Shown one piece after another: positions 22,601 to 32,634 of a stretch of DNA of 64,000 nt. Source of the stretch: Pseudomonas phage vB_PaePAO1-KEN19; sequence record PP456878.1; one strand, written 5' to 3'. Numbering within the stretch: position 1 is the stretch's first letter; each line of letters starts with the position of its first letter. Both the position numbers and the translations under genes were made by a program. The notes beneath the pieces are model-generated. The model was not told the origin of the DNA. It did no database searches and saw nothing but the letters and a program-made list of their open reading frames with translations.

Positions 22601-22979
22601 CCCAACGACCTTTTACAGGGGGATCTTCATTACCTAGCGGTGATTCCCATACCCATAGCCGATCTTCAACGAACCAAGCATCACCGACATTATGCGTATC
22701 TAATGGTTTAATATCTTGTTCGAATGTTGCTAGATCAACATTAGCGATAATGTTAATAGCCGGACCAACTGGGCCAGGGGGACCTTGATCGCCATCTTTA
22801 CCCGGCTGACCATCTTCACCCTTTAATCCAGGTATAGTAACAGGATCAACGAAAGTGGTATTAAGACCCACCCCGGTAGAAACCGGGATGTGTCCATTAA
22901 CTACAGAAGTGGGTTCATCAATTGATGATACCCGTTTGGGGAGTTCCCCGTTTACATAATCTTCAAATGCAGAAGCCAT
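19698..22979 (-). CDS. Long tail fiber with about 8 collagen-like G-X-Y tracts separated by about 30-aa beta-modules, plus one Phage_fiber_2-like repeat
   Basis: GEDGQPGKDGDQGPPGPVGP, GPEGPEGPQGKDGEIGPEGPQGEP and similar tracts. 'SAFQVALDNGFTGTEGEWLISL' repeat. TAATG stop/start overlap with the upstream fiber gene. Confidence 0.8.
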   Translation of the reverse strand: MASAFEDYVNGELPKRVSSIDEPTSVVNGHIPVSTGVGLNTTFVDPVTIPGLKGEDGQPGKDGDQGPPGPVGPAINIIANVDLATFEQDIKPLDTHNVGDAWFVEDRLWVWESPLGNEDPPVKGRWVETGSLRGPDGTGLVIRGRWPNNLELPKTESNKPGDAYSWNNQLWAWMLISGNNPPENPTIDDYDWFPVTPQGERGPEGPEGPQGKDGEIGPEGPQGEPAMPFTIKDSLPSPADLPDPSVAKESEAYLVTMEAGKPEHLFIFVKGTWSDLGTFQGPEGPQGKPGNTGDPGPDGKQGEPGPQGRNLEVVKAVETADDLLTTTGVEQYQGVSVRSTNTVYVLTGQDPTVDISWTAMGSFRGPQGPEGPQGEDGEQGLPGEPGAQGKSAFQVALDNGFTGTEGEWLISLHGKNVVITGAVANEAALPADAPDQAAYFTQDTSTLFVKIDGNWVNSGTHRGPKGEDGAPGKDGDQGPEGPEGPEGPQGPAGEPIQIIAAIDTPEDTPPEALADNQWKAYTVKSTGEVFVNMDGSRWTSIGIMAGPQGKPGEGLNIKGVLTDASQLPKKDTDPDLVTGDSYWVETNEGTMLYTYQGQEIDGYIGPINLNGEQGIQGVEGPQGPEGKQGGGLLIIYVGDDAGKPVASADNVGKGIAIRTNTEGQVEVFVSIDTEGTFTWESLGVLAMGPQGPEGPEGKQGVPGIPGKTGQKGERGSSWVILPEGQTAPTSIDGNRGDWCIDKTGTVWYKDANWVVFYKLMSVPVSEVDPEDVDKKMVRYKLGWTELPVDEVVDAEVGVFYGRRKATADGAVEWTAIELPTPAIDAVPSPVVNAQYVRKGIAGGETEWATITFPEIPSDVVRDTAQATKPQGRVAGNWVDVAPLQTDDTLMGMQNGEWVAVPAAVIGEVPSEGANGTNYVREKTASGSKWTPVTIIVDQADATSGQLFLRNAAAKSWTLFQGPNNDVTADGDWLRSRTGTNITWKKLDKSFDAYSLKSSTFTGTALTLTPANQQCYRVQTAANQTITLENGPVDRMITAVLVLLGKVAMPTLSSAVLQWNNGTPVIVDDLGDTKTVLTLLWDGTNWIVSKGAVI

Positions 22980-25348
22980 TATACTACTTCCTCAAGTTCG
23001 ATTTTCATCAGTCCAGTGGTATTGGATACAGCGTTTGCTGAGTCACAGTTATACCACTTATTGCCATCCTTGATGGTGTAGGTGTCAACTTGATTCGCAT
23101 CATCTGCCTTATAAGTGAAGTTTAAGCTACCAGTAGAACCTTTAGATAGGTTACTGCAACGTAGTTTACCAGTATTGGTTACTTCAGTACCAATATCAGT
23201 TTCACGGTTCGGCCAAGCAGCCACACTTAGAGTGCGGAATACAAATCCACCTAGTACGTAAGTACCACCATTTACACTATTAGCTTCAACACCAGCTAAA
23301 CCTTTTAGAACCACACTGTTAAAATCGTAGGTTCCTTTAGGATCATCGTCATGTACTAGTAACGCACGTGTCCATACCTTACCAGTGGCGTCAGATTTCC
23401 AATCCTCAGTAGCCCACTTACCGCCAGGCGCATTCATGGCCGGAGCTGCACTTAGTTTCTGAGTAGAGGTTAAAGTAATGACATGACTTTGTACTTGGGT
23501 TCCAAAGTTACCACCTGAACGAAGGCGAGCAGCAGGGTAGGTAACCGTCGCAGTAGGTACCGCATTTGCAATAGCTACAACAGCAGTAGCCGTAGCTACA
23601 CTACCATTAGCTGCACGTTTAGCAGTAATTAATAGGTTATTAGTGCTGTCGTTATAAGTACCAGACTTATAAGTAACTACCTTAGCAATTTCTGCTTCAT
23701 TTGCACTGGTTATAGTGAGCTGATCATTTGGTGAGGAATAAACCACACTATCAGCATTAGATACTGTATTGGCTACAGTGGCAGTTTCACCTACTTTAAT
23801 AGCACTTTGACCAGACGGATAAGTTACTTGACCAATATTAACAACTGGGCGAAGATCGTTTAACTGCATGGTGTTAATTTTATCTTCGGAACCAGCATCA
23901 CTGGAAGTAAACCATTCTGACCATGAACCAGTGGATTTCTGAACACGTACACGGAAACCATATGCCTTAGTAGTATTACCACGGTCAGCTACATAAAGAC
24001 CAGTAACCTCTAGTTCTTTAGTAGGTGCAACAGTACCACTACTTTCTTTCAGTGCACCAAAGTCAGCAATTTCGTATGCTACTATATTTTCATCAGTAAC
24101 TACTTTAATTGCAACAAGGTCATCTTCTTTAAGTTCTGTTTGACCTAACGGATAACCGCCAGTAAATACAGCACTAGTAATATTAGCGGGAGTATCGGCT
24201 AATACCTTAGTAGTGAATTTAGCCCCATCGGCGTGTTCTACAACAATATCAGCATAACCTTCAGTAGTGGGTGCACCAAGATCAATATCGGCAGTAGCAA
24301 TCCACATAGGTGGATTAACGCCAGGAGTTACAACTGCATCTATGTTATTGATTTTAACACTAGGTACATAACTAGAATGTCCAGTTATTGCATCAACGAT
24401 AACTCGAACATTACTAGTAGTTGATAGGCATGACTGTACGCTGTGCCCATCGGGGGTACGCACAATACTACCTACGTTCTGACTGGGGTCAGTTGCTTGT
24501 ACATCTTTGACGAATACACCGCCACTAATACCTTCATTTTTAGGAAGGTTCTTAAGATCAACAGTTGATTCATCAGCGCCTTCAACAATACGGATATTGC
24601 CGTCATTCTTGAATGCAATGTAATCAGTTAAACTACCAATCTGGAATTCACCATTGTCGTAAATACGAATTTCAGACTCAGGTAATTCGGGTAATGCACC
24701 TTGCGTAGTGGGTGCAGAGGCGTTCTTTAGATAAGAATAACCTTCTGCTTCCATACGGCCTTGTTCCATCATACGCTGTGGTACTTTATCACCAGCGGTT
24801 AAGTCATCTTGATTTAGGCGCTTATCAAACAGGAAAGCAAAGTTATGGAAAGCAGCGTTGGATGATAATCCACCATTCTTGCCAGTTACACGCAGTACAT
24901 CTTTAACTGTGTAACCTTGTTGATTTAAGAGCGACTGGAGTAGTTCAGCAGTCATGGTTGCATGCAGTGATGTTAACCATTCCTGTTCAGTACCTTGGAA
25001 ACCGTTTTCCACAGCTACTTCATATGCACTCTTACCAGCATCACCTTTAAGGGATGCTATAAACTCTTCTTCAGTACCAACGAAACCTAGATCGACTGCG
25101 ATTTGATAAGAAGATTTACCTTTAAGCGAATCAAGCCATTCGGTTTCAGTTCCCTGGAAACCATTTTTAACGGCAATCTCGTACGCACTAAGACCGGGTG
25201 CTCCAGTCTGTAGTTTTGACAGCAGAAACTTATAGTTATCGACTTGACCAGCTGCATCGGTATGAATTAATTCAATATACTCGCTATCGTTAAGAGTAGC
25301 TAGATCCGGCAGTTGACTGATCTTGCCTTTGTCTGTAGCATTTGCCAT
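22979..25348 (-). CDS. Tail fiber protein with three N-terminal tandem 'SAYEIAVxNGFxGTExEWLxSLxG' repeats (Phage_fiber_2-like)
   Basis: 789 aa. Repeats at aa 55-150. RBS AAGGAAA. Confidence 0.75.
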   Translation of the reverse strand: MANATDKGKISQLPDLATLNDSEYIELIHTDAAGQVDNYKFLLSKLQTGAPGLSAYEIAVKNGFQGTETEWLDSLKGKSSYQIAVDLGFVGTEEEFIASLKGDAGKSAYEVAVENGFQGTEQEWLTSLHATMTAELLQSLLNQQGYTVKDVLRVTGKNGGLSSNAAFHNFAFLFDKRLNQDDLTAGDKVPQRMMEQGRMEAEGYSYLKNASAPTTQGALPELPESEIRIYDNGEFQIGSLTDYIAFKNDGNIRIVEGADESTVDLKNLPKNEGISGGVFVKDVQATDPSQNVGSIVRTPDGHSVQSCLSTTSNVRVIVDAITGHSSYVPSVKINNIDAVVTPGVNPPMWIATADIDLGAPTTEGYADIVVEHADGAKFTTKVLADTPANITSAVFTGGYPLGQTELKEDDLVAIKVVTDENIVAYEIADFGALKESSGTVAPTKELEVTGLYVADRGNTTKAYGFRVRVQKSTGSWSEWFTSSDAGSEDKINTMQLNDLRPVVNIGQVTYPSGQSAIKVGETATVANTVSNADSVVYSSPNDQLTITSANEAEIAKVVTYKSGTYNDSTNNLLITAKRAANGSVATATAVVAIANAVPTATVTYPAARLRSGGNFGTQVQSHVITLTSTQKLSAAPAMNAPGGKWATEDWKSDATGKVWTRALLVHDDDPKGTYDFNSVVLKGLAGVEANSVNGGTYVLGGFVFRTLSVAAWPNRETDIGTEVTNTGKLRCSNLSKGSTGSLNFTYKADDANQVDTYTIKDGNKWYNCDSANAVSNTTGLMKIELEEVV

Positions 25349-25419
25349 TTTTATTTCCTTGCTGTATAAGAAACACTAACATGTTAGTCTTTCGAAGAAG
25401 ACTCATACAGTAATGTACT

Positions 25420-25462
25420 ATTGCTAATGAGTAATATTTTAACAACATAAGAGAGTCCCGAA
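25420..25462 (-). terminator. Minus-strand terminator after the endolysin gene (GAGAGTCC-TTCG-GGACTCTC, then TTATGTTGTT)
   Basis: Hairpin plus a U-rich tail. Confidence 0.6.
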
Positions 25463-25553
25463 GGACTCTCAAAAAGTTACATTGACACAAGATGTGGTTT
25501 ATCATGAGGGGAAGTTTCACATGATACCATAGACTCCATTCTATTGCTACATC

Positions 25554-26375
<822 letters not shown>

Positions 26376-26397
26376 TTAGGTTCATTGAGGGTATTAC

Positions 26398-26445
26398 TTA
26401 ACTTTCTAGATAACGGATTTGACCATTTTCTAGATAACGTGCTGC
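26398..26445. repeat. About 40-nt direct DNA repeat (CGTTATCTAGAAAATGG...ATCCGTTAT) shared with 52062..52108
   Basis: Encodes RYLENGQIRYLE here and RYLENGTIRYLE after the capsid stop. Confidence 0.6.
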
Positions 26446-26931
26446 ACCATTCTCTAATAGTCGGATAGTATCTGACGTATCATCAATACGTTGAATTAGT
26501 ATATTACATTCACCATAGTAAGCATAACTACTCGACATAGCTACTATCGTGTATGGAACAATATCCGTAGTTGCATTGATTGGTGTTGTATCGAATGAAA
26601 TATCATCTGGTCCAAGCTTCCAACCTCGTGAACGGTTAATTTCTTCAGCAATCGCTTTAGGTGTTAAAGTACCAACTATCTTAAGGATAGATCCTTCACC
26701 AATAGCTCGTGGATCAGCAAAATCTAACCGACGGTAAGTTAACATGTACTTAATGTCAGTAGTAATGTCGATCATTTCAATAAATGTACGTCCAGGCTCA
26801 ACCGTGGTTGGACTAAAAAACATATCTTCAAATGTAACTGTTTCTGGTTTGAAGTTTATTTTTAAATCATCCCGCGCAAGTTTTACTAGCGCATTCCTCG
26901 ATGCCATGTCATACGGAAAGATATCCTGCAT
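26398..26931 (-). CDS. Hypothetical protein with a C-terminal RYLENGxIRYLE repeat
   Basis: 177 aa. Its 3' end carries a 40-nt DNA repeat also found downstream of the capsid gene. Confidence 0.55.
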   Translation of the reverse strand: MQDIFPYDMASRNALVKLARDDLKINFKPETVTFEDMFFSPTTVEPGRTFIEMIDITTDIKYMLTYRRLDFADPRAIGEGSILKIVGTLTPKAIAEEINRSRGWKLGPDDISFDTTPINATTDIVPYTIVAMSSSYAYYGECNILIQRIDDTSDTIRLLENGAARYLENGQIRYLES

Positions 26932-27013
26932 GTCAAACCTCTATAGTGGTAAAATGTTTAATCCACATAGCATTATAAAGCCTTCCTCTTGAAGAGGAAG
27001 GCTATTATAGTTT

Positions 27014-27448
27014 TTATTGCATAAGCATCTTTATTAATTCAAAGGTACCTTGCACAATAGTCTTTAACACATTGGCACTTTCTTCTGACATAGGTGCACC
27101 AGATAAAACTACCATAGTAGATACTGATGCCCCAATAAGAGTAACGCCACCAGCTAATACCAATACCGCATTACGGTAAGAATCTTTAGCCTTCACTTCA
27201 GCAATTTCCCGGCTGAGAATTTTATATTGAAGATCTGAATCGGTAATAGCATAAATTAGACTAAGTACTTCCTCACCAGTTATACTTAGATTTATACGTT
27301 GTTCCTTTTCCAATACACTATTCAAATAGGTACGTATCTTCTTTCCATAGTCTTTAGAAGAAGATAAAGGATTACCATCGATCTCAATCAGAACGTCCTC
27401 TAGGGTCATGACTATTCTCCAAATTACGTTGACGTTCGTTCCATTCAC
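27014..27448 (-). CDS. Single-TM membrane protein in the lysis cassette (holin/antiholin candidate, weak)
   Basis: TM 'AVLVLAGGVTLIGASVSTMVVL' near the C-terminus. Sits next to the spanins and endolysin. Confidence 0.4.
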   Translation of the reverse strand: MNGTNVNVIWRIVMTLEDVLIEIDGNPLSSSKDYGKKIRTYLNSVLEKEQRINLSITGEEVLSLIYAITDSDLQYKILSREIAEVKAKDSYRNAVLVLAGGVTLIGASVSTMVVLSGAPMSEESANVLKTIVQGTFELIKMLMQ

Positions 27449-27746
27449 GCAATTTGTCTACTTGGATATTACATAGTCCAAGTGCATCAGTTTGTAAAAG
27501 CCAATGTTCGGTCATAAGTAAGAAACGTGCTTCATTCTCATCAGTAACCCCAACAGCTTTATATCTATCTAATGCATTGATGATCTCATTAGCTGTAGGT
27601 GGGGCTTCCACATCGCAAGGGAGAAGTAAACTACTTGGGATTGCAACTGGTATTTTCACGGGAGGCGGCACAGTAGTGCTCGTACATCCGTTTAGCAATA
27701 GCATTAATAGACTTATTAATGTTATCTTTTTTTGTGTCAGTTTCAT
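27384..27746 (-). CDS. o-spanin (Rz1-like outer-membrane lipoprotein), overlapping the 3' end of the i-spanin gene
   Basis: From the internal ATG at 27746: 'MKLTQKKITLISLLMLLLNGC' is a signal plus lipobox, then a proline-rich stretch TSTTVPPPVKIPVAIP. Different frame from 27631..28137 and extends past its stop. Confidence 0.6.
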   Translation of the reverse strand: MKLTQKKITLISLLMLLLNGCTSTTVPPPVKIPVAIPSSLLLPCDVEAPPTANEIINALDRYKAVGVTDENEARFLLMTEHWLLQTDALGLCNIQVDKLREWNERQRNLENSHDPRGRSD

Positions 27747-28137
27747 GTTTAATCTCAGTAGTGGTGCTTTCCCCATTAGTTGTTTTAGCTTTAACCTCAG
27801 GCCATACAGGTGGAGTATATCCACGACCTGATAAACTAATGTACTCATCAATCACCTCAGTGCGTGATTGCGCCTGCTCTTTTTGTATCTCTTTCTTTTT
27901 AGTAATTAGTTCAGCTTGAATTTTATCGGAGATACGATCTGATTCAATCCTAACCTTTTCTGCCGCTTCATAAGATTTAATTTTTCCAATTAAATCTGTA
28001 GAGCGAACAAGTTCCGTCTCATAACTATTTTTGTAATATATGATACCAATTAAGGCACCTATCAGAATAACTAATAGTAACCATATATGCAATGGCACGC
28101 TACCAATTATTTTTCGTATACCTGCTAATAGGAACAT
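27631..28137 (-). CDS. i-spanin (Rz-like): N-terminal TM then a charged periplasmic coiled coil
   Basis: 'LHIWLLLVILIGALIGIIYY' TM, then EAAEKVRIESDRISDKIQAELITKKKEIQKEQAQ. Confidence 0.6.
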   Translation of the reverse strand: MFLLAGIRKIIGSVPLHIWLLLVILIGALIGIIYYKNSYETELVRSTDLIGKIKSYEAAEKVRIESDRISDKIQAELITKKKEIQKEQAQSRTEVIDEYISLSGRGYTPPVWPEVKAKTTNGESTTTEIKHETDTKKDNINKSINAIAKRMYEHYCAASRENTSCNPK

Positions 28138-28152
28138 TGTTACCTCGAATTG

Positions 28153-28716
28153 TTAAACAATCCTAGTAAGGTAGTAGTAAGCTATCGCACAAGCATCCAT
28201 AGAGTGGTCATCTAGACTATCTATATCGATGTTCCATGTGATGTCAGTACGAGAACGCATTGCTTCTTTAACATCATCTTTAGTAGTACCCTTTACTTTT
28301 TTCATACCCGCATTGATTTTAACTGTAGTAGGATCAATCATGTATAAAGGTATAAATCTATCATACTCGTATAATGCTCTATGTACATAGGTCACACATT
28401 CTACAAGTACAGCGAAGCTTTGGGCAAACTTACCAAGATAGTTAGACTCTACAATAACTGCATGTGGTTTTTCAGTATGTAGTATATTTAGTACCACATC
28501 ACTCATTTGCTGCATTCTAGTAAATCTACTACCATGAACCTCGGAGATGGCAGCATATGCCGGATTTGTATCTTTAAGGTGGCAGGTAAATGCATTACGT
28601 ACCACCTTATTACTTCCATCCAACTTATCTTCCAGAATAGCTATGCCGAGGTTTTGTGAACCAGGGTCTAATGCTAGTACCCGAAATGGCTCATCACTCG
28701 CTGGAAGCTTAAGCAT
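28153..28716 (-). CDS. RuvC-like Holliday-junction resolvase
   Basis: 'VLALDPGSQNLGIAIL' (compare RuvC 'ILGIDPGSRVTGYGVI'), 'AVIVES' (catalytic E), and C-terminal 'DHSMDACAIAYYYL' (compare 'DAADALAIAITH'). Confidence 0.65.
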   Translation of the reverse strand: MLKLPASDEPFRVLALDPGSQNLGIAILEDKLDGSNKVVRNAFTCHLKDTNPAYAAISEVHGSRFTRMQQMSDVVLNILHTEKPHAVIVESNYLGKFAQSFAVLVECVTYVHRALYEYDRFIPLYMIDPTTVKINAGMKKVKGTTKDDVKEAMRSRTDITWNIDIDSLDDHSMDACAIAYYYLTRIV

Positions 28717-28718
28717 AT

Positions 28719-29645
<927 letters not shown>

Positions 29646-29710
29646 TTAGTACACTGTACTATTGAGTAAATTTGTAAGAGTTCCCCTCCACATGGAGGGG
29701 ATTTATGCTG

Positions 29711-30199
29711 TTAAGCAAATTTTTCAGGAGCACCACGTACCATTACACAGATCCATGATTGTCCATTATGGGAACGTTTTACTTCATGTAATTGGGATAG
29801 ATGGAATACTAATCCTTCACCTTTTCCAATTAATAGTTCCTCACCATCTAAAATGAACTTAGCATCAGGTCCAATATTCCAAGCAAGAATAGTACCGGAC
29901 TCGGGTTTATCTACCCAATAATTCATCTCATCTAGAAATCCATCTATTTTGGGGAAATCTAAAAACCATACTTGCAGTGCTTTGTTAAATAGCTCTTCGC
30001 CTAAAATTGGTTTAATTTCTTTACGCTGTTTAGCAGTCCAATTAAACCATTTTGAAGTATTATAAACACTACATGCTTTAAGGCCATTAGTGCCAACTCG
30101 CATACGGTGGCCATATGAGTCTCTAAATGAAACTTCGCCTTTAAGCTTTGTTAATGTTTTTAGTTCTGTCTTAGATAGAGTCTTAAGTTTAATTGCCAT
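29711..30199 (-). CDS. Hypothetical protein (162 aa), possibly cupin-like
   Basis: ORF. A GC hairpin at 29684..29700 sits right after its stop. Confidence 0.5.
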   Translation of the reverse strand: MAIKLKTLSKTELKTLTKLKGEVSFRDSYGHRMRVGTNGLKACSVYNTSKWFNWTAKQRKEIKPILGEELFNKALQVWFLDFPKIDGFLDEMNYWVDKPESGTILAWNIGPDAKFILDGEELLIGKGEGLVFHLSQLHEVKRSHNGQSWICVMVRGAPEKFA

Positions 30200-30207
30200 G
30201 TTGTACC

Positions 30208-30690
30208 CTACTCGTAGAGATATATAAGAACGTATCTTTTATTTTTAACTGGAGGGACTTCATGTGGCTCTGAACGGATTGGAAAAATAGTAGCCCTACC
30301 TGGTACATCCTGATAAAACTTACCATTGATCGTTATACCATCGCCATTGTCATTTAATGCAATAACCATGTTGTAACGATAAACAGCTTGGTCGATGTGT
30401 TCAGGCATACCTGTACCAATTTCATATCGGTTGATTAGAACTTCGCCTAACCAAGCACCTTCTACCTTAGGTGCAATATGAAATAGTAATTCCCGTAATT
30501 CCATTGGCATTTGGTTATGCCCTAAAAACCAATAATCACACTCAGTGATACCTTTGGTTGGGATACTATTAATTTTTTTCCGATTAAACCACCAGGAATC
30601 TCCTAGTGTATCCAGATAAGATACAAGGTCAGCTGCAAATTCAGCTGAAAACACGTCCTTGGTCGATCTTTCGTGGGCCGATAAGCTCAT
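30208..30690 (-). CDS. 2OG-Fe(II) oxygenase superfamily protein, prolyl-4-hydroxylase-like
   Basis: 'YEIGTGMPEHID' (HxD) and 'EPHEVPPVKNKRYVL' resemble the P4H HxD...H...PV..G.K motifs. Start trimmed to an internal Met; the ORF track begins at 30768 and overlaps the upstream gene. Confidence 0.4.
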   Translation of the reverse strand: MSLSAHERSTKDVFSAEFAADLVSYLDTLGDSWWFNRKKINSIPTKGITECDYWFLGHNQMPMELRELLFHIAPKVEGAWLGEVLINRYEIGTGMPEHIDQAVYRYNMVIALNDNGDGITINGKFYQDVPGRATIFPIRSEPHEVPPVKNKRYVLIYLYE

Positions 30691-31279
30691 GCAGGCCACC
30701 TGCATATCGATGTGCTTTCTCAGCGTCGAGATCTTCCCTGGATTTATAGATAACGTCTGGGCTCTCAATTAGGGCCTCCTTATGCGCGCGATTAGTTCGT
30801 TTAACAAGATCAATATAATCAAGCATTTCTTCTAGTTCATCTAACTCTTGACCATATTTTTCAGCTAGCTGTTTAATTGCACGTGCAAGGATATTAATTT
30901 GCTCAGTCACTGGATAGCGTTCAGTAATTTTGTAGGCCACTTTACTATTTAAGTGATCTTCAGTAATTACTTGTGGCGCTTCTTCTTTAGGAACAATCTT
31001 CCAATCGGAAAGTGTAGGTTGTTTACCAGGTGTATTACTTACGACTACATCATAAGTACCCATTTCGGCTTCAACAAAAATGGTGTGCTCACGTGACTTA
31101 GCATCGAATGCATCTAAAGGTAGATAGCCTACGCTTTGTAGGAATACCTCAGAAGTACGGTTAAACATTAATAGTACTTTTACTTTATCTTCAGTAGGCG
31201 CAGTAGCTAAAGATAGTTCTTGGAGTGATAACGGATTATTCATTATACAAGTGCTCCAGCTCGAATCATCCAACGCCAT
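30641..31279 (-). CDS. Hypothetical protein (212 aa)
   Basis: ORF. Confidence 0.5.
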   Translation of the reverse strand: MALDDSSWSTCIMNNPLSLQELSLATAPTEDKVKVLLMFNRTSEVFLQSVGYLPLDAFDAKSREHTIFVEAEMGTYDVVVSNTPGKQPTLSDWKIVPKEEAPQVITEDHLNSKVAYKITERYPVTEQINILARAIKQLAEKYGQELDELEEMLDYIDLVKRTNRAHKEALIESPDVIYKSREDLDAEKAHRYAGGLHELIGPRKIDQGRVFS

Positions 31280-32634
31280 GTACCATTATTTCTAACTGCT
31301 ACATATTGCTGGTAATAATAGGCTTCAAAGGGGGTATTAGTTCTAACACCTACAACAGCGTAAGTGCCTTCAGGATATTTGGTATTATCTGTAAACATCG
31401 TATTTAACGTGTTTAATGCTTCTGCTTCACTATTTACCTGACCTAAGGTAATGGCTTTAATCTTATCTTTGTTCCACTCTTTAAAAGCTTCAACCCAGTC
31501 TTGCCAAGTACCATCGCTCGCTAGATAATATCTCTCAGGGTCATTTAATATTGATGCATTACCTTTACCTAATGCATTCCATTTAAATACGCCACTAGTT
31601 ACTTCTTCAGCTGGAATATCTTTTCGAACATCATTCCAGAAATTCTGATATACCTTACCTGTTCCAGTAACTGGATAACCCTGACTATTAGTAGTAGCAC
31701 CAATAGTGGTCGCATTAGCAGCTTGTTCATTAATACCTAATAATGGAGTTATTTTAGAATCCATCACTGGTTTGGTATATGATCCAACTTGGTCAGCTGT
31801 GACAGCATGTGGGTTATTAAAGTTTTTAATATGTGCTGCAAGTTTAGCCAACGTATCAATATTAAGAATACGATAAATACCACCAATTGGCATGTATTTA
31901 TTATTTACGTTTCTATTAACTGACTCAGCTTCAGTAGCAAAACCCCAGTTGGATATCTTATCAAGCGGTGGAATTAACTTGAATCGATCATCAGCATGCG
32001 GATTATTATAATCAGTTAAGTGTGCTGTAACTCGATCTCTATAATCGTCCACAGCGGTTTTTGCATCAGTGAGATAAACTTTATAATAATCATCGGCAGC
32101 ATTATCCATGGCACTTCTACCGACCCGATAAGCATGTGCTATTCGGTTTAATTCAGTTACCATTGTATCTGTGCCATAAATCTGCCAATATTCATGGCCG
32201 TGAGGTGCAGGCGGATATGCATCGGGTTTACCAATAATATCATCCCAAGTGAAACTTAATTCATCTAATTCAAGTTTATCAAAAACAGCTTTAAGTTCTA
32301 ATGCTGAAATACTAAAGAAACCACCAACTGCTCTATATGTAACTTGGACATTAGGACTAACATTAGGATCAGTTACTACAACAATACCCATTACTTCTAA
32401 GCCAGTCATTTCAGATAACTGTGAATAAAGATAGGTTGTTTTATATTGATCTTTGTTTAAAGATAAACCAGTCTTCTTATCACGTAGATTAAAGTCCTTA
32501 GTATAAAAACCACCATGTGTACACATAAGTACGCGATGTGTTTTATTATTGACTTGAATAAGTGTGTGATCCTCATCTACAATGTAATTAGATGCTAATT
32601 TAGCTTTTAGATCTAATGGTAAAAAAGTAATCAT
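31243..32634 (-). CDS. Tail-fiber/baseplate paralog (463 aa): conserved N-terminal domain plus NPH repeats
   Basis: N-terminus has GGFYTKDF. Repeats 'NNPHADDRF' and 'NNPHAVTADQVGSYTKP'. Confidence 0.65.
   Translation of the reverse strand: MITFLPLDLKAKLASNYIVDEDHTLIQVNNKTHRVLMCTHGGFYTKDFNLRDKKTGLSLNKDQYKTTYLYSQLSEMTGLEVMGIVVVTDPNVSPNVQVTYRAVGGFFSISALELKAVFDKLELDELSFTWDDIIGKPDAYPPAPHGHEYWQIYGTDTMVTELNRIAHAYRVGRSAMDNAADDYYKVYLTDAKTAVDDYRDRVTAHLTDYNNPHADDRFKLIPPLDKISNWGFATEAESVNRNVNNKYMPIGGIYRILNIDTLAKLAAHIKNFNNPHAVTADQVGSYTKPVMDSKITPLLGINEQAANATTIGATTNSQGYPVTGTGKVYQNFWNDVRKDIPAEEVTSGVFKWNALGKGNASILNDPERYYLASDGTWQDWVEAFKEWNKDKIKAITLGQVNSEAEALNTLNTMFTDNTKYPEGTYAVVGVRTNTPFEAYYYQQYVAVRNNGTWRWMIRAGALV

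Noticed and set aside
27384-27851. Full-length 155-aa reading of the o-spanin frame
   Set aside because: The first 35 codons lie deep inside the i-spanin gene and have no signal-peptide character. The internal ATG at 27746 gives a clean lipoprotein signal, so I used the shorter version.
30641-30768. 128-nt out-of-frame overlap between 30208..30768 and 30641..31279, as a possible programmed frameshift
   Set aside because: No slippery heptamer or downstream structure is visible. An internal Met about 50-65 nt upstream of the other gene's stop gives a conventional start, so this is most likely an over-extended ORF call.
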